From contig JAXIOX010000297.1 in assembly GCA_045403275.1 (NCBI GenBank), positions 1 to 28,884 of the forward strand: a stretch of 28,884 nucleotides of DNA, given 5' to 3'. The notes under the pieces were generated by a model. It made no database searches. It was not told where the DNA came from and saw only the letters and a program-made list of their open reading frames with translations. Below, piece by piece: positions 11,312-23,572 of the stretch. This DNA comes from Burkholderiales bacterium. Its GTDB lineage: Bacteria; Pseudomonadota; Gammaproteobacteria; Burkholderiales; JACQAP01. The translations under genes and the position numbers were made by a program. The stretch's first letter is position 1, and every line of letters begins with the position of its first letter.

Positions 11312-12295
11312 TTACTTGCCGCGGAAGGACACGGAATTGGCGATCTGCATGACCGTAGATGCGGGAGCTTCACCGAGTACGGTCACGACCTGGTCGTTAA
11401 TGGTCCGGGTGTAGATGTTGATGGCGCCCTGATGCGACAGGCCCTCGTTGATCCGGGTCCGATTTGCCATCGGCTCGATGAACACCGACACCGCCGCCAG
11501 TCCGTCCGAAAACACCATGTGCGTCACCGGAATCGAGTTGCCGAGCTTGCTGCGGCGCATTTCCATGACCTTGCGGAAGCCGCTGGGGAAATTCTTCACG
11601 GCCCAGCCCGACTCGACGTCGCTGGTCAGGTTGTGGGCAAAACGATCCACCCGCCATTCGGGGAAGCTCACGCTGAACGAAGGCTTGACCATGTCGCGGA
11701 TGATCCCGCTGCCGATCGTCAGCTGGGTAAAGCTGAACTGCTCGACCACGTTGTGGCGTTCGTTAACCATGCGGGCCTTGAGCAGCAGTCCGGAATTCGC
11801 CTCTGCCCAGAACTTGTGGCCATAGCGCATGCCGTCGCGCGGTTCCAACACCAGCGCCTGCGAGTCGAAGCCGGCTATGCGTTCCGGCTCGCCCTTGCGG
11901 ATCTGGTAATACTCGGTGAGCGCCGAGAGTTGCTCCGGTAACAGCGCCGGGAAGGTACGCCGCGCAACGCGCTTCTCGCTGCGCATGATCTTGGCGTCGA
12001 GGTAATAGCACATGACTTCATCGTTATTGCGGATGATTTCGCGGCGCGGGCCGTCCAGGATTTCGAGTTTCTCGTATTCGCCGCTGGAGTCCGCGAAATG
12101 CACGATGCGTGAGGTTTCCACCTGGTCGCCGTGCTGGTAAACGAATGTTCCGGAGTAATTGAGCTGGCGCGCCGCGTCGGCGATCCTCTGCAGCATCGCC
12201 AGCGCTTCAAAATCCTGCAACGGGTCGGCCAACGCGGCCCCGGTGATAAACCCAAGCCCGAACAGCGCGGGAAGCAGTAGCGCCGTGCGAGCCAT
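11312..12295 (-). CDS. rseB: Sigma-E regulatory protein RseB/MucB
   Basis: LNYSGTFVYQ, RDGMRYGHKFW, MVFSDGLAAVSVFIE, VTVLGEAP. Start at ATG 12295 (TTG 12301 possible). Confidence 0.93.
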   Translation of the reverse strand: MARTALLLPALFGLGFITGAALADPLQDFEALAMLQRIADAARQLNYSGTFVYQHGDQVETSRIVHFADSSGEYEKLEILDGPRREIIRNNDEVMCYYLDAKIMRSEKRVARRTFPALLPEQLSALTEYYQIRKGEPERIAGFDSQALVLEPRDGMRYGHKFWAEANSGLLLKARMVNERHNVVEQFSFTQLTIGSGIIRDMVKPSFSVSFPEWRVDRFAHNLTSDVESGWAVKNFPSGFRKVMEMRRSKLGNSIPVTHMVFSDGLAAVSVFIEPMANRTRINEGLSHQGAINIYTRTINDQVVTVLGEAPASTVMQIANSVSFRGK

Positions 12296-12297
12296 TA

Positions 12298-12807
12298 TCA
12301 ACGTTGTTCCGGATTCTGCCCGGATACGGTCCGGACGTAAGAAGCCACACCCTGCATCGCCGTACTTGGGGAAAACTGCTGATGCGCGAGCAGGTAGTCG
12401 TTGACGGCGCCGTCGGCCGGCGTGGCGGCCAACTGGGTCTGGGCTCCCGGCGGCACCTGATTGACCGCGAGGTTTTGCCGGGGAACGAAGGGATTATCGA
12501 ACAGGGCGAGCCATGCGACCAGCGCCACGCCCCCGATCGACGCGGCCGCCGAAAGCGCTACGCGGCGGACGGTTCGCAACTGCATTCGTGGCCTTGGCGC
12601 CAGCACCGTGGGCTCCGCGGTGAGCCTGGCGCTGATCTTGACCACCAGTCCGGATGAATACCCCGCTTCACCGCGCATGGCATCTCCGATCAGATGGTAG
12701 GTCTCCCAGGCAGCACGCAGCTCCGGATCTTCCTTCAGCCGCCTCACCTGACCGGCGGCCTCGTGATCCTCGAGTTCGCCATCCATGAATGCAGAGATTC
12801 GCTCCAT
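12298..12807 (-). CDS. rseA: Anti-sigma-E factor RseA/MucA
   Basis: ERISAFMDGEL, WETYHLIGDAMRG, single TM, DYLLAHQQFS. SD GAGGTGG precedes ATG 12807. Confidence 0.93.
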   Translation of the reverse strand: MERISAFMDGELEDHEAAGQVRRLKEDPELRAAWETYHLIGDAMRGEAGYSSGLVVKISARLTAEPTVLAPRPRMQLRTVRRVALSAAASIGGVALVAWLALFDNPFVPRQNLAVNQVPPGAQTQLAATPADGAVNDYLLAHQQFSPSTAMQGVASYVRTVSGQNPEQR

Positions 12808-12809
12808 AA

Positions 12810-13409
12810 TTACCACCTCTTGTCTTTGCCCGTATCCAGCAACGGGCGCAGCCTGTCCGCAATGGTCTCGCGTGCCCGGAAAATCCGCGAACGCACCGTG
12901 CCGATTGGGCAGTTCATCACGTTTGCGATGTCCTCGTAGCTCATTCCTTCGATCTCGCGCAGCGTGATCGCGGTGCGCAAGTCCTCTGGCAATTCTTCCA
13001 TCGTCCGGTTCACGGTGGCCGCTATCTGCCTAGTCATCAGTTCGGCTTCGGGGGTATTCAGGTCCCGGAGTTGGTCGCCATCCTCGAAGTTTTCCGCCTC
13101 CTCGCTGTCGAACTCGGTGGTGGTGGGGGCGCGGCGCCCCATCGCCACCAGATAATTCTTCGCGGTGTTGATCCCGATCCTGTACAGCCAGGTGTAAAAC
13201 GCGCTGTCGCCCCGGAACGAGGGCAACGCCCTGTAGGCTTTTATGAATGCCTCCTGGGCCACGTCTTCCACTTCGGCGGGATCGCGAATGAAACGGGACA
13301 GCAGCCGTCCGAGCTTGCGCTGATACTTCGCCACCAACAGCTCGAAAGCGTGCTTGTCGCCGCGTTGAGCCCGCTCGACCAACTGCTGGTCGACTTCACG
13401 GTCGCCCAT
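12810..13409 (-). CDS. rpoE: RNA polymerase sigma factor RpoE (sigma-24/AlgU)
   Basis: DQQLVERAQRGDKHAFELLV, FRGDSAFYTWLYRI, IANVMNCPIGTVRSRIFRARE. Confidence 0.98.
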   Translation of the reverse strand: MGDREVDQQLVERAQRGDKHAFELLVAKYQRKLGRLLSRFIRDPAEVEDVAQEAFIKAYRALPSFRGDSAFYTWLYRIGINTAKNYLVAMGRRAPTTTEFDSEEAENFEDGDQLRDLNTPEAELMTRQIAATVNRTMEELPEDLRTAITLREIEGMSYEDIANVMNCPIGTVRSRIFRARETIADRLRPLLDTGKDKRW

Positions 13410-13470
13410 CTAGCCACATTTCCTGAATATTCTGGTTGTTGATCGCACTGGGGCCTCGAGTGGGCGCCTA

Positions 13471-13499
13471 AGTATACCCGCCGAGACCTATCCAGGAAA
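13471..13499 (-). promoter_or_regulatory. Putative sigma70 promoter for rpoE
   Basis: Minus strand TTTCCT-N17-TATACT. Confidence 0.45.
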
Positions 13500-13521
13500 C
13501 GCACCGCGATTTGCTAAGCCA

Positions 13522-13548
13522 CAGACAGCGACTGCCCGGCATTAGTTC
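13522..13548 (-). promoter_or_regulatory. Putative sigma-E-dependent (autoregulatory) promoter for rpoE
   Basis: Minus strand GAACTA-N16-GTCTG, close to the RpoE/AlgU consensus GAACTT-N16/17-(G)TCTNA. Confidence 0.6.
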
Positions 13549-13633
13549 ACCTGGGACCGGGGTTATTTGCCCGGCACCGGTCGCGTGCCGGCGGTTGGGT
13601 TACACTGCCGCGCTCCAAATCAGCGAGAAACAC

Positions 13634-15208
13634 ATGACGCGTTTCGATGTCGCGATCGTCGGCAGCGGCTTGGCCGGCCTTACGGTCGCGCTCAATCTGG
13701 CCGACCGCAAAAAAGTCGGCATCATCACCAAGCGCGAATTCCTGGACGGCGCCTCCAACTGGGCCCAGGGCGGCATTGCCGCAGTGCTCGCCAAGGAGGA
13801 TTCGCCCGAGGATCACATCCGCGACACCGAGATCGCCGGCGCCGGACTGTGCAACGCCGAGATCACCCGCTACGTGGTCGAGCGCGGACGCCAGGCCATC
13901 GAATGGCTCATCGGGCAAGGCGTTCCCTTCACCCGGGACGAAACCAGTGACGTGGGCTATCACCTCACCCGCGAGGGTGGCCACAGCCACCGCCGTGTAA
14001 TCCACGCCGCCGACGCCACCGGGCACGCGGTGCAGACGACGTTGGAAGCCAAGGTGAAGGCGCATCCAAACATTACCGTGCTTGAGCATCACATGGCCGT
14101 GGACTTGATCACCGGGCCCAAGCTTGGACAGCCCGAGCGGCGCTGCCACGGGCTCTACGCGCTCGACGAGACCGCCGGACGGGTGGTTACCATCGGCGCC
14201 GATCAGGTTGTACTCGCGACCGGGGGCGCCGGCAAGGTCTACCTGTACACCACCAATCCGGACACCGCGACCGGCGACGGCATCGCCATGGGCTGGCGCG
14301 CCGGCTGCAAGGTGGCAAACATGGAGTTCATCCAGTTTCACCCGACCTGCCTGTATCACCCCCACGCCAAGTCGTTTCTGATTTCGGAAGCGGTGCGCGG
14401 GGAAGGCGGGATACTGCGGCTTCCGGATGGCAGCCGCTTCATGCCGGCGCACGACCCGCGCGCCGAGCTGGCGCCGCGTGACGTGGTGGCGCGGGCCATC
14501 GACTTCGAAATGAAAAAGCGCGGCCTGGACTGCGTTTACCTGGACATTACCCACAAGCCCGCGGTATTCCTGAAAGAACACTTCCCCAACATTTACGCCC
14601 GCTGCCTGGAACTGGGCATCGATATCTCGCGTCAGCCCATCCCCGTGGTTCCTGCCGCGCACTACACCTGCGGCGGCGTGCAGACGGACAAGAACGCTTG
14701 TACCGAGCTGGCCGGCCTGTACGCGGTGGGCGAGACCGCCCACACCGGTCTGCACGGCGCCAACCGACTGGCCAGTAATTCACTGCTGGAATGCCTGGTG
14801 TTCGGGCAGGCCGCCGCCCGCCACATCCTGGGGCAGCAGAGTCCTCGTTCTCCCGCGCTGCCGCAGTGGGACGAAAGCCGGGTCACCGATGCGGACGAAG
14901 AGATCGTGATTTCGCACAACTGGGATGAGTTGCGCCGTTTCATGTGGGACTACGTCGGCATCGTCCGCACCAACAAGCGCCTGGAGCGGGCGCAGCATCG
15001 CATTCGTCTGTTGACCGAAGAGATCCAGGAGTACTACTCCAATTTCCGGGTCACCGCGGACCTCCTCGACCTGCGCAACCTGGTGGCCACCGCCGACCTG
15101 ATCGTAAGGAGCGCCATGCTGCGGCACGAGAGCCGGGGACTGCATTTCAGCCGCGACTATCCCCAGCAACTTTCCGTGGCGCGCGACACCGTGTTACAAG
15201 TGGGGTAA
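13634..15208 (+). CDS. nadB: L-aspartate oxidase
   Basis: [13 protein letters not shown] (FAD), [67 protein letters not shown]. Start moved to ATG 13634; divergent from rpoE. Confidence 0.97.
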   Translation: MTRFDVAIVGSGLAGLTVALNLADRKKVGIITKREFLDGASNWAQGGIAAVLAKEDSPEDHIRDTEIAGAGLCNAEITRYVVERGRQAIEWLIGQGVPFTRDETSDVGYHLTREGGHSHRRVIHAADATGHAVQTTLEAKVKAHPNITVLEHHMAVDLITGPKLGQPERRCHGLYALDETAGRVVTIGADQVVLATGGAGKVYLYTTNPDTATGDGIAMGWRAGCKVANMEFIQFHPTCLYHPHAKSFLISEAVRGEGGILRLPDGSRFMPAHDPRAELAPRDVVARAIDFEMKKRGLDCVYLDITHKPAVFLKEHFPNIYARCLELGIDISRQPIPVVPAAHYTCGGVQTDKNACTELAGLYAVGETAHTGLHGANRLASNSLLECLVFGQAAARHILGQQSPRSPALPQWDESRVTDADEEIVISHNWDELRRFMWDYVGIVRTNKRLERAQHRIRLLTEEIQEYYSNFRVTADLLDLRNLVATADLIVRSAMLRHESRGLHFSRDYPQQLSVARDTVLQVG

Positions 15209-15640
15209 ATCGGGTATTTGCGGGTGCGCCCGATAGCGCAGCCAGACTCGCAGGCAGCGCCGCTCTTCCGCCGCAGCGCTGTCCGGCATCACCACGACGG
15301 AGCGGAGCCTGCGCCCGCCGTCAAGCTGCACGTTAACCACCGTGAACAATCCGGAAACGAAGGACGAGCCCGCTACGGTGCCTTCGAGCACTGCGCCGCT
15401 GCGAGTCAGCAGTTCGCAGCGTCCGTGGTCGCGCAGCATCACCTCGACCACCGCATCGCCCGACAGCCGTAGCGCGTCGCGGCGCAAGTGAAAAACCAGG
15501 CTTGCGCACAGCGCAATGGTCAGAATCGCAACTGCCCACCAGGCCGGAAGGAACACGAGCACGCACGCGCCGGCGACGACGTGCACGATTGCCAGCAGGG
15601 CGGCCAGCGAGGTCGACGGGGCGATGCCAATGCGCAGCAA
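15194..15640 (-). CDS. ygfX: YgfX-family inner membrane protein
   Basis: Two N-terminal TM segments and C-terminal VMPDS...RRCLRVWL; lies between nadB and ygfZ. Start inferred at TTG 15640, with SD GAGGAG 5 nt upstream. Confidence 0.75.
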   Translation of the reverse strand: MLRIGIAPSTSLAALLAIVHVVAGACVLVFLPAWWAVAILTIALCASLVFHLRRDALRLSGDAVVEVMLRDHGRCELLTRSGAVLEGTVAGSSFVSGLFTVVNVQLDGGRRLRSVVVMPDSAAAEERRCLRVWLRYRAHPQIPDLPHL

Positions 15641-15661
15641 GGGTACTCCTCGAACTGTGGA

Positions 15662-15669
15662 CTTATAAT
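15662..15669. promoter_or_regulatory. Overlapping divergent -10 elements for ygfZ and ygfX
   Basis: TATAAT at 15664-15669 (+) and TATAAG at 15667-15662 (-) in the 53-bp intergenic region. Confidence 0.5.
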
Positions 15670-15693
15670 CGCGCGAAAGCGGACTCTTGGACC

Positions 15694-16707
15694 ATGGGAC
15701 ACCCCTACGACTGGAACCATATCGCCGACGCCGCGCACGGTGCCCCGCACCCGCATTTTGGCGATCCCCGGCGCGAACTCGAGGCCGCCCGCTCGCGGGC
15801 GGTGGTCTGTCCATTGAGCCATTTCGAGCTGCTGCGCGTTTCCGGGGCCGACGCACAGACTTTTCTGCAGGGGCAACTGACCTGCGACGTGCTCCAGGTC
15901 ACGCCGACTGCGGCGCGCTATGGCGGCTACTGCACGCCCAAGGGCCGCTTGATCGCCGATTTTCTGCTAATGCACACGCCGCAAGCTTACCTGATGCATC
16001 TGCCGGCCGATTTGTGCGCAGTGCTGGCCAAGCGATTGAGCAAGTTCGTGCTGCGGGCCAGGGTCGAGATCGAGCGCGAAACGGCGCTGCGCGCGATCGG
16101 CATCGCCGGTCCGGATGCGGTCGACCTGCTGCGGCAATCCGTGGGCGAGCCCCCGCGCCTGTCTCTCGAATCGATTCAGTATCCGGGTGGCACGCTGTTG
16201 CGCCTTCCCGGAGCCGCGTTTCTGGCAATTGCACCACTGCCGGATATGGCCGGGCTCTGGGACGTGCTTGCCCGTCAGTCCACCCCGGCCGGAATGGAGT
16301 GCTGGAACTGGCTGCAGATCCGCGCCGGCATCCCATGGATCACCGCCGCCACCGCGGAGCAATTCGTGCCGCAAATGGTGGCGCTGGACGCCATTGGCGG
16401 CGTCGATTTCCAGAAAGGCTGTTATCCAGGGCAGGAAATCGTCGCGCGCACGCACTACCTGGGCGAAGTCAAACGCACGCTGCGCGCCGGCCACAGCGAA
16501 AGCCAGGCCGCCGGTGCAGATATGCTGTTGAGCGCAGACGGGAAGACCCGCGGTATGGTGGTGAATGCCGCCCCGGCGCCCGATGGCGGTAGCGACCTCC
16601 TCGCAGTGGTCCAATCCGACGCGGATGGTGAGCAATTGAGGCTGCGCAGCACCGATGGCCCGGGCGTGAGAATCTCGCAATTGAGCCGCGCAGGCCCGGC
16701 ACTGTGA
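15694..16707 (+). CDS. ygfZ: Folate-binding Fe-S cluster repair/tRNA-modifying protein YgfZ
   Basis: GADAQTFLQGQLTCD, CTPKGRLIA, signature FQKGCYPGQEIVART. Start moved to ATG 15694. Confidence 0.95.
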   Translation: MGHPYDWNHIADAAHGAPHPHFGDPRRELEAARSRAVVCPLSHFELLRVSGADAQTFLQGQLTCDVLQVTPTAARYGGYCTPKGRLIADFLLMHTPQAYLMHLPADLCAVLAKRLSKFVLRARVEIERETALRAIGIAGPDAVDLLRQSVGEPPRLSLESIQYPGGTLLRLPGAAFLAIAPLPDMAGLWDVLARQSTPAGMECWNWLQIRAGIPWITAATAEQFVPQMVALDAIGGVDFQKGCYPGQEIVARTHYLGEVKRTLRAGHSESQAAGADMLLSADGKTRGMVVNAAPAPDGGSDLLAVVQSDADGEQLRLRSTDGPGVRISQLSRAGPAL

Positions 16708-16727
16708 ATCCAGGCGCACGCTGAATC

Positions 16728-17012
16728 TTGGCGCTCTGTTATTACGTCTACTACCGCGTGACGCGGCCGCAACAGGCCGGGGTTGCGGTGCGCGGCATGC
16801 AGTCCGAACTGCTGATGCGCAGCGGCGTGCGCGGCCGGCTGCTGACCAAACGCGACGAACCGGAATTGTGGATGGAAGTCTACGAAGGTGTGAACGATGC
16901 ACCGGCATTCGAAGCGGAGCTTGATAGCCTGATTGCCGCGATGAAGCTGGACGGTTTTCTCGCGCCCGGCAGCCGGCGCCATACCGAGTGCTTCGAAGAA
17001 CCATGTGCCTGA
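16728..17012 (+). CDS. DUF4936-like small protein
   Basis: YYVYYRV...R.....LWMEVYEGV...RHTECF pattern; usual ygfZ neighbour in betaproteobacteria. Confidence 0.75.
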   Translation: MALCYYVYYRVTRPQQAGVAVRGMQSELLMRSGVRGRLLTKRDEPELWMEVYEGVNDAPAFEAELDSLIAAMKLDGFLAPGSRRHTECFEEPCA

Positions 17013-17857
17013 TCCTGCTTGCGCATCGCGTCTTTCCAGGACACGTTTTGGTGCTTGCCGCCAATCGCGACGAGTTCTTCGCGCGGCCCACCGAGCCCGC
17101 CGATTACTGGACGGATGCGCCGCATGTTCTCGCCGGGCGCGATCTGGAAAAAGGCGGGACTTGGATGGGCGTGACGCGCGACGGCCGCTGGGCGGCAGTC
17201 ACCAATTACCGTGACGGCACCCGCCCCGAGACTGGTTCACGATCGCGCGGAGAGCTGGTGGCGCGCTATCTGCTCGAAGGTTCATCCGCAGCCGCCTATG
17301 CTGCTGTAGCGGCCAGCGCAGGGGCCGAATATCACGGCTTTAATCTCCTGGTCGGCGATGCCGAGGGGGTGTACTGCGTTTCCAACCGTGGCTCGCGGCC
17401 GCAAGTGCTCGATCCGGGAATCTACGGCCTGAGCAATCACCAGCTGAACACCCCCTGGCCGAAGGTGGAGCGCGGCAGGAGCAAAATGCAGGCCGTGCTC
17501 GGCGGCAAACTGGAGGATCCGACCGAGCCGCTGCTGGCGTTGCTCGCCGACCGTCGACCGGCCGCCGACGACGCCTTGCCCGAAACCGGCGTCAGCCGGG
17601 ATTGGGAGAAACTGCTGTCCTCCGCTTTTATCCGCGCGCCGGGCTACGGTACCCGGGCCTCCTCGGTGCTGCTGATTGAGCGCGGCGGCGAGGCGAGATT
17701 GCGCGAGCGCTCGTTCGGTGCCGACGCAGAACTGCTCGAGGACCGCCGTTTCAACTTTACGGTCGCGCCGGTTCTCTCCCCCTGGCATCCGTCAGTTAGC
17801 AGGTTGTTGAAATCGCCAGGGAACGCCGAGCGTACGGAGAGAAAAACGAGACAATAA
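17003..17857 (+). CDS. NRDE/TANGO2-family protein
   Basis: MCLI N-terminus, LAANRDEFFARPT, GRDLEKGGTWMG, LSNHQLNTPWPKV, YGTRASSVL. Start at ATG 17003. Confidence 0.93.
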   Translation: MCLILLAHRVFPGHVLVLAANRDEFFARPTEPADYWTDAPHVLAGRDLEKGGTWMGVTRDGRWAAVTNYRDGTRPETGSRSRGELVARYLLEGSSAAAYAAVAASAGAEYHGFNLLVGDAEGVYCVSNRGSRPQVLDPGIYGLSNHQLNTPWPKVERGRSKMQAVLGGKLEDPTEPLLALLADRRPAADDALPETGVSRDWEKLLSSAFIRAPGYGTRASSVLLIERGGEARLRERSFGADAELLEDRRFNFTVAPVLSPWHPSVSRLLKSPGNAERTERKTRQ

Positions 17858-17943
17858 CCACCAAGGCACCAAGACACCAAGGAACGCAAATGGGAGTCTG
17901 GAAATGATCCCAGTTTTTCTTGGTGTCTTGGTGCCTTGGTGGT
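17857..17943. repeat. Palindromic element with 25-bp perfect inverted arms built of CACCAAGR octamers
   Basis: ACCACCAAGGCACCAAGACACCAAG (17857-17881) and its exact reverse complement (17919-17943), between convergent NRDE and GNAT genes. Confidence 0.85.
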
Positions 17944-17980
17944 GAGGATTGGGTCGACCATCGAGTTTTTCAACAGCCTG

Positions 17981-18409
17981 CTAGACATCGCGCCACATCG
18001 AGCGGTGCGGAATGCCGGCCTCGATGAATTCCTCTCCTTCCGCGACGAAGCCGTGGCGCTGGTAGAACGCCACCGAACGGGACTGTGCATTGAGCCGCAC
18101 ACGCCGGATGCCGTGGTCGCGCGCCAATCGCAGCAGCGTTTCGAGTAACGCGCTGCCGACACCCCGCCCGCGCCACGACTCCAGTACCGCCATGCGGCCG
18201 ATGTGTCCGTCCGGCAGCAGGCGTCCGGTGCCGATCGCCTGGCCCGCGGCTTCGGCCACGACGTGCTGGCACAGCGCATCGAATTCGTCCCACTCCAGCT
18301 CGATAGGCACGGCCTGCTCGTGTACGAAGACCTGCTCGCGCACGTCCCGTAACGCGCACCGATCGACGTTCCAGTCGGCGGCACGGACGCTGACCTGGGG
18401 CGCAGCCAT
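17981..18409 (-). CDS. GNAT-family N-acetyltransferase (YjcF/ElaA-like)
   Basis: VREQVFVHEQAVP.ELEWDEFD, IGRMAVLESWRGRGVG, LNAQ....FYQRHGF, EAGIPH..M. Confidence 0.92.
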   Translation of the reverse strand: MAAPQVSVRAADWNVDRCALRDVREQVFVHEQAVPIELEWDEFDALCQHVVAEAAGQAIGTGRLLPDGHIGRMAVLESWRGRGVGSALLETLLRLARDHGIRRVRLNAQSRSVAFYQRHGFVAEGEEFIEAGIPHRSMWRDV

Positions 18410-18446
18410 GAATGGTCGCGGGCGTTTCAGGCGTGAAGGGCACCGG

Positions 18447-19187
18447 CTAGATCGTGGCGCCGCCGCCCACCTCGATCACCGCGCCATTGATGTAACTGGC
18501 CTCGTCCGATGCCAGGAATGCGTAGGTATTGGCGATTTCCTCCGGTCTTGCCAGTCGACCCAGCGGCACGCGTTCGATAAGTGCTCGCATCACCTTGTCC
18601 GGGATGGTCTTCAGGATCGGGGTTTCAACGAAACCGGGACAAACCGCATTGGCACGGATGCCTTTGCGACCCAGTTCGCGCGCCCAAGTTTTGGCCATGC
18701 CGATCACGCCGAACTTGCTCGCCGCGTAATTGGTCTGGCCAAAGTTGCCGTACAGTCCGACGACGGACGAGGCATTCAGGATCACCCCCGAGTTCTGCGC
18801 CAGCATCACGTCCACGACCGCGCGGGTACTGTTGTACGTGCCTTTCAGGTTGACATCGATGACGCGGTCGAACTGCTCGTCGGACATATTCCTGAACTGC
18901 GAGTCCTCGACGATTCCGGCGTTGTTCACCAGAGTATCGATGCGGCCGTACCGGGCCATCACGCCCTTCACCATGGCGGCGATGCTGGCCTTGTCGACCA
19001 CGTTAACCACGAACCCGATCGCCTCGCCGCCACCGTTTTCGATCTCCGCCACGACCGCGTCCACCCCTTTGCGGTAGAGGTCACAAACCACCACCCTGGC
19101 CCCCTCCCTGGCAAACTTGAGAGCGGTGGCCTGGCCGATTCCCCGCGCCGAGCCGGTGATGATGCAAACCTTGTCCTTTAGCCGCAT
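18447..19187 (-). CDS. SDR oxidoreductase, FabG/3-oxoacyl-ACP reductase-like
   Basis: TGSARGIG, NNAGI, ASSVVG..GNFGQTNYAASK (YxxxK), NAVCPGFVET. Substrate is not resolvable (FabG vs acetoacetyl-CoA reductase-like). Confidence 0.88.
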   Translation of the reverse strand: MRLKDKVCIITGSARGIGQATALKFAREGARVVVCDLYRKGVDAVVAEIENGGGEAIGFVVNVVDKASIAAMVKGVMARYGRIDTLVNNAGIVEDSQFRNMSDEQFDRVIDVNLKGTYNSTRAVVDVMLAQNSGVILNASSVVGLYGNFGQTNYAASKFGVIGMAKTWARELGRKGIRANAVCPGFVETPILKTIPDKVMRALIERVPLGRLARPEEIANTYAFLASDEASYINGAVIEVGGGATI

Positions 19188-19268
19188 TGGTTGTTTCTCC
19201 TTGTTGATTGGTATTGGTCCGGCAGTGCAACGTGCTGCGTGTTGTCGCGGCGGGTACGAACCGCGCCC

Positions 19269-20260
<992 letters not shown>

Positions 20261-20278
20261 TTAAGTACTGCCGGGAAT

Positions 20279-20304
20279 ATCGAGAGGGATCATTCCCACT
20301 CGAT
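20279..20304. other. Imperfect palindrome centred on the guaA stop (candidate attB of guaA-targeting islands)
   Basis: ATCGAGAGGGA-TCAT-TCCCACTCGAT, 11-nt arms with 1 mismatch; contains GAGTGGGA on the minus strand. Confidence 0.5.
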
Positions 20305-21873
20305 GGTGGCTGGCGGCTTGCCGGAAATGTCGTAGACCACCCGGTTGATGCCGCGTACCTCGTTGATGATTCGATTGGACACTTTGGACAGCAGCGCGTG
20401 AGGCAACTCGGCCCAGTGCGCGGTCATGAAATCCTCGGTCTGTACCGCTCGAAGCGCCACCACGTACTCGTAGGTGCGGCCGTCGCCCATGACGCCGACC
20501 GATTTCACCGGCAGGAACACGGCGAATGCCTGCGAGGTCCGGTCGTACCAGCTATTCCCGTCAGCGCCGACGGCGGCGCGCAATTCCTCGACAAAAATGG
20601 CGTCGGCGCGGCGCAGCAGGTCAGCGTACTCGCGCTTGATCTCGCCCAGGACGCGTACCCCCAGTCCCGGACCCGGGAAAGGATGGCGATAGACCATCGC
20701 GTGCGGCATTCCGAGCGCCACGCCGAGTTCGCGCACTTCGTCCTTGAACAGATCGCGCAACGGCTCCAGCAGTTTCAGGTGCAGCGTGTCCGGCAAGCCA
20801 CCGACGTTGTGGTGAGACTTGATGCTGTGCGCCTTCTTGGTGGTGGCGCCGGCCGATTCGATCACGTCCGGATAGATCGTGCCTTGCGCCAGCCATTTGA
20901 CCTGTGGCAAATTCGCCGCCTCGCGCTGAAATACGTCCACGAACTCGCGCCCGATGATTTTGCGTTTGGCCTCGGGATCGGTGATCCCCGCCAGTTGCCC
21001 GAGGAACCGGTCCGACGCGTCCACGTGGATGACTTTCATGTGCATGTGGTCGGCGAAGGTTTCCATTACCTGCGCGGCCTCGTTTAGCCGCAACAGGCCG
21101 GTATCGACGAACACGCAAGTCAATTGCTCGCCGATGGCGCGGTGGATCAGCGCCGCCGCGACCGAGGAGTCGACCCCGCCGGACAGCCCCAGGATGACCT
21201 CTTCCTTGCCTACGGCCGCACGGATTTTCGCGACCGACTCGGCGATGTAGTCGGGCATGTTCCAGTCGGGCTTGGCCGCACAGATGTCGCGTACGAAGCG
21301 CGCGTAAACGGCCTTGCCCTGCCTGGTGTGCGTGACTTCGGGGTGGAATTGCACGGCGTAGAAGCGGCGGGACTCATCTGCCATGCCGGCGATAGGGGTG
21401 GTTTCGTTGGAAGCGATCACCTTGAACCCCGGCGGCAGCGCGGTAACCTTGTCGCCGTGGCTCATCCACACGTCCAGCAGGCCGTGGCCCTCGCCGTTGG
21501 TGCGGTCCTGGATGCCGTCGAACAGGCATGAGTGGCCGCGGGTACGTACCTGCGCGTAGCCGAATTCACGCACCAGGCCGTTTTCCACCGCGCCGCCGAG
21601 CTGGGCCGCCATAGTCTGCATGCCGTAACAGATGCCCAGCACGGGTACGCCCAACTCGAAAACCACCTGCGGGGCACGCGGCGTTGCTTCTTCGGTAACC
21701 GAACTTGGCCCCCCGGACAGGATGATGCCGCGCGGATTGAAGTCGCGGATGAACTGGTCGCTGACGTCGAAGGGATGCAGTTCGCAGTACACGCCCGCCT
21801 CGCGGACGCGGCGCGCGATCAGCTGCGCGTATTGCGCGCCGAAGTCGAGGATGAGAATCTTGTCGTGCTGCAT
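20290..21873 (-). CDS. guaA: GMP synthase (glutamine-hydrolysing)
   Basis: [54 protein letters not shown]. Start ATG 21873; the TTG 21933 extension is repeat-derived. Confidence 0.98.
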   Translation of the reverse strand: MQHDKILILDFGAQYAQLIARRVREAGVYCELHPFDVSDQFIRDFNPRGIILSGGPSSVTEEATPRAPQVVFELGVPVLGICYGMQTMAAQLGGAVENGLVREFGYAQVRTRGHSCLFDGIQDRTNGEGHGLLDVWMSHGDKVTALPPGFKVIASNETTPIAGMADESRRFYAVQFHPEVTHTRQGKAVYARFVRDICAAKPDWNMPDYIAESVAKIRAAVGKEEVILGLSGGVDSSVAAALIHRAIGEQLTCVFVDTGLLRLNEAAQVMETFADHMHMKVIHVDASDRFLGQLAGITDPEAKRKIIGREFVDVFQREAANLPQVKWLAQGTIYPDVIESAGATTKKAHSIKSHHNVGGLPDTLHLKLLEPLRDLFKDEVRELGVALGMPHAMVYRHPFPGPGLGVRVLGEIKREYADLLRRADAIFVEELRAAVGADGNSWYDRTSQAFAVFLPVKSVGVMGDGRTYEYVVALRAVQTEDFMTAHWAELPHALLSKVSNRIINEVRGINRVVYDISGKPPATIEWE

Positions 21874-21877
21874 TTCA

Positions 21878-21956
21878 GGATTGAGGATCGAGGACTGGGG
21901 ACTGAGGAAACCCCGGTTCGGCTCGTAGCTCAATCCTCATTCCTCAATCCTCAATC

Positions 21957-21957
<1 letters not shown>
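21878..21957. repeat. Heptamer-repeat hairpin (4 x GAYTGAG-like per arm) in the guaB-guaA spacer
   Basis: Plus strand G-GATTGAG-GATCGAG-GACTGGG-GACTGAG ... CTCAATC-CTCATTC-CTCAATC-CTCAATC-C. Confidence 0.85.
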
Positions 21958-23429
<1,472 letters not shown>

Positions 23430-23442
23430 TCACAAAGACGTC

Positions 23443-23471
23443 ATTATACCGATCGACTTTTGCATGGTAAA
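23443..23471 (-). promoter_or_regulatory. Putative sigma70 promoter for guaBA
   Basis: Minus strand TTTACC-N17-TATAAT, 25 nt upstream of the guaB ATG. Confidence 0.65.
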
Positions 23472-23572
23472 TGCCGAACTCTGTAGGGTTTTTTTCGTTG
23501 ACCAGAGGGGTGTGAGCGGATATGTTTAAGGGCCAAGAAGTTGACTTTGACGACACTTCGGGCTGTAAACAG

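Noticed and set aside
15194-15640. ygfX as a CptA toxin of a toxin-antitoxin system
   Set aside because: No antitoxin partner here, and the TA role of YgfX/SdhE has been disputed; treated as a membrane protein of unknown function.
19222-19240. TGC/GCA-rich motif (GCAGTGCAACGTGCTGC) upstream of the SDR gene, possible PhaR-type box
   Set aside because: Does not match a defined consensus exactly and is easily generated by chance at this GC content.
21874-21933. 20-aa N-terminal GuaA extension as a real domain
   Set aside because: It is the translation of the heptamer repeat (SPQSSILNP); kept only as a possible alternative start in the findings.
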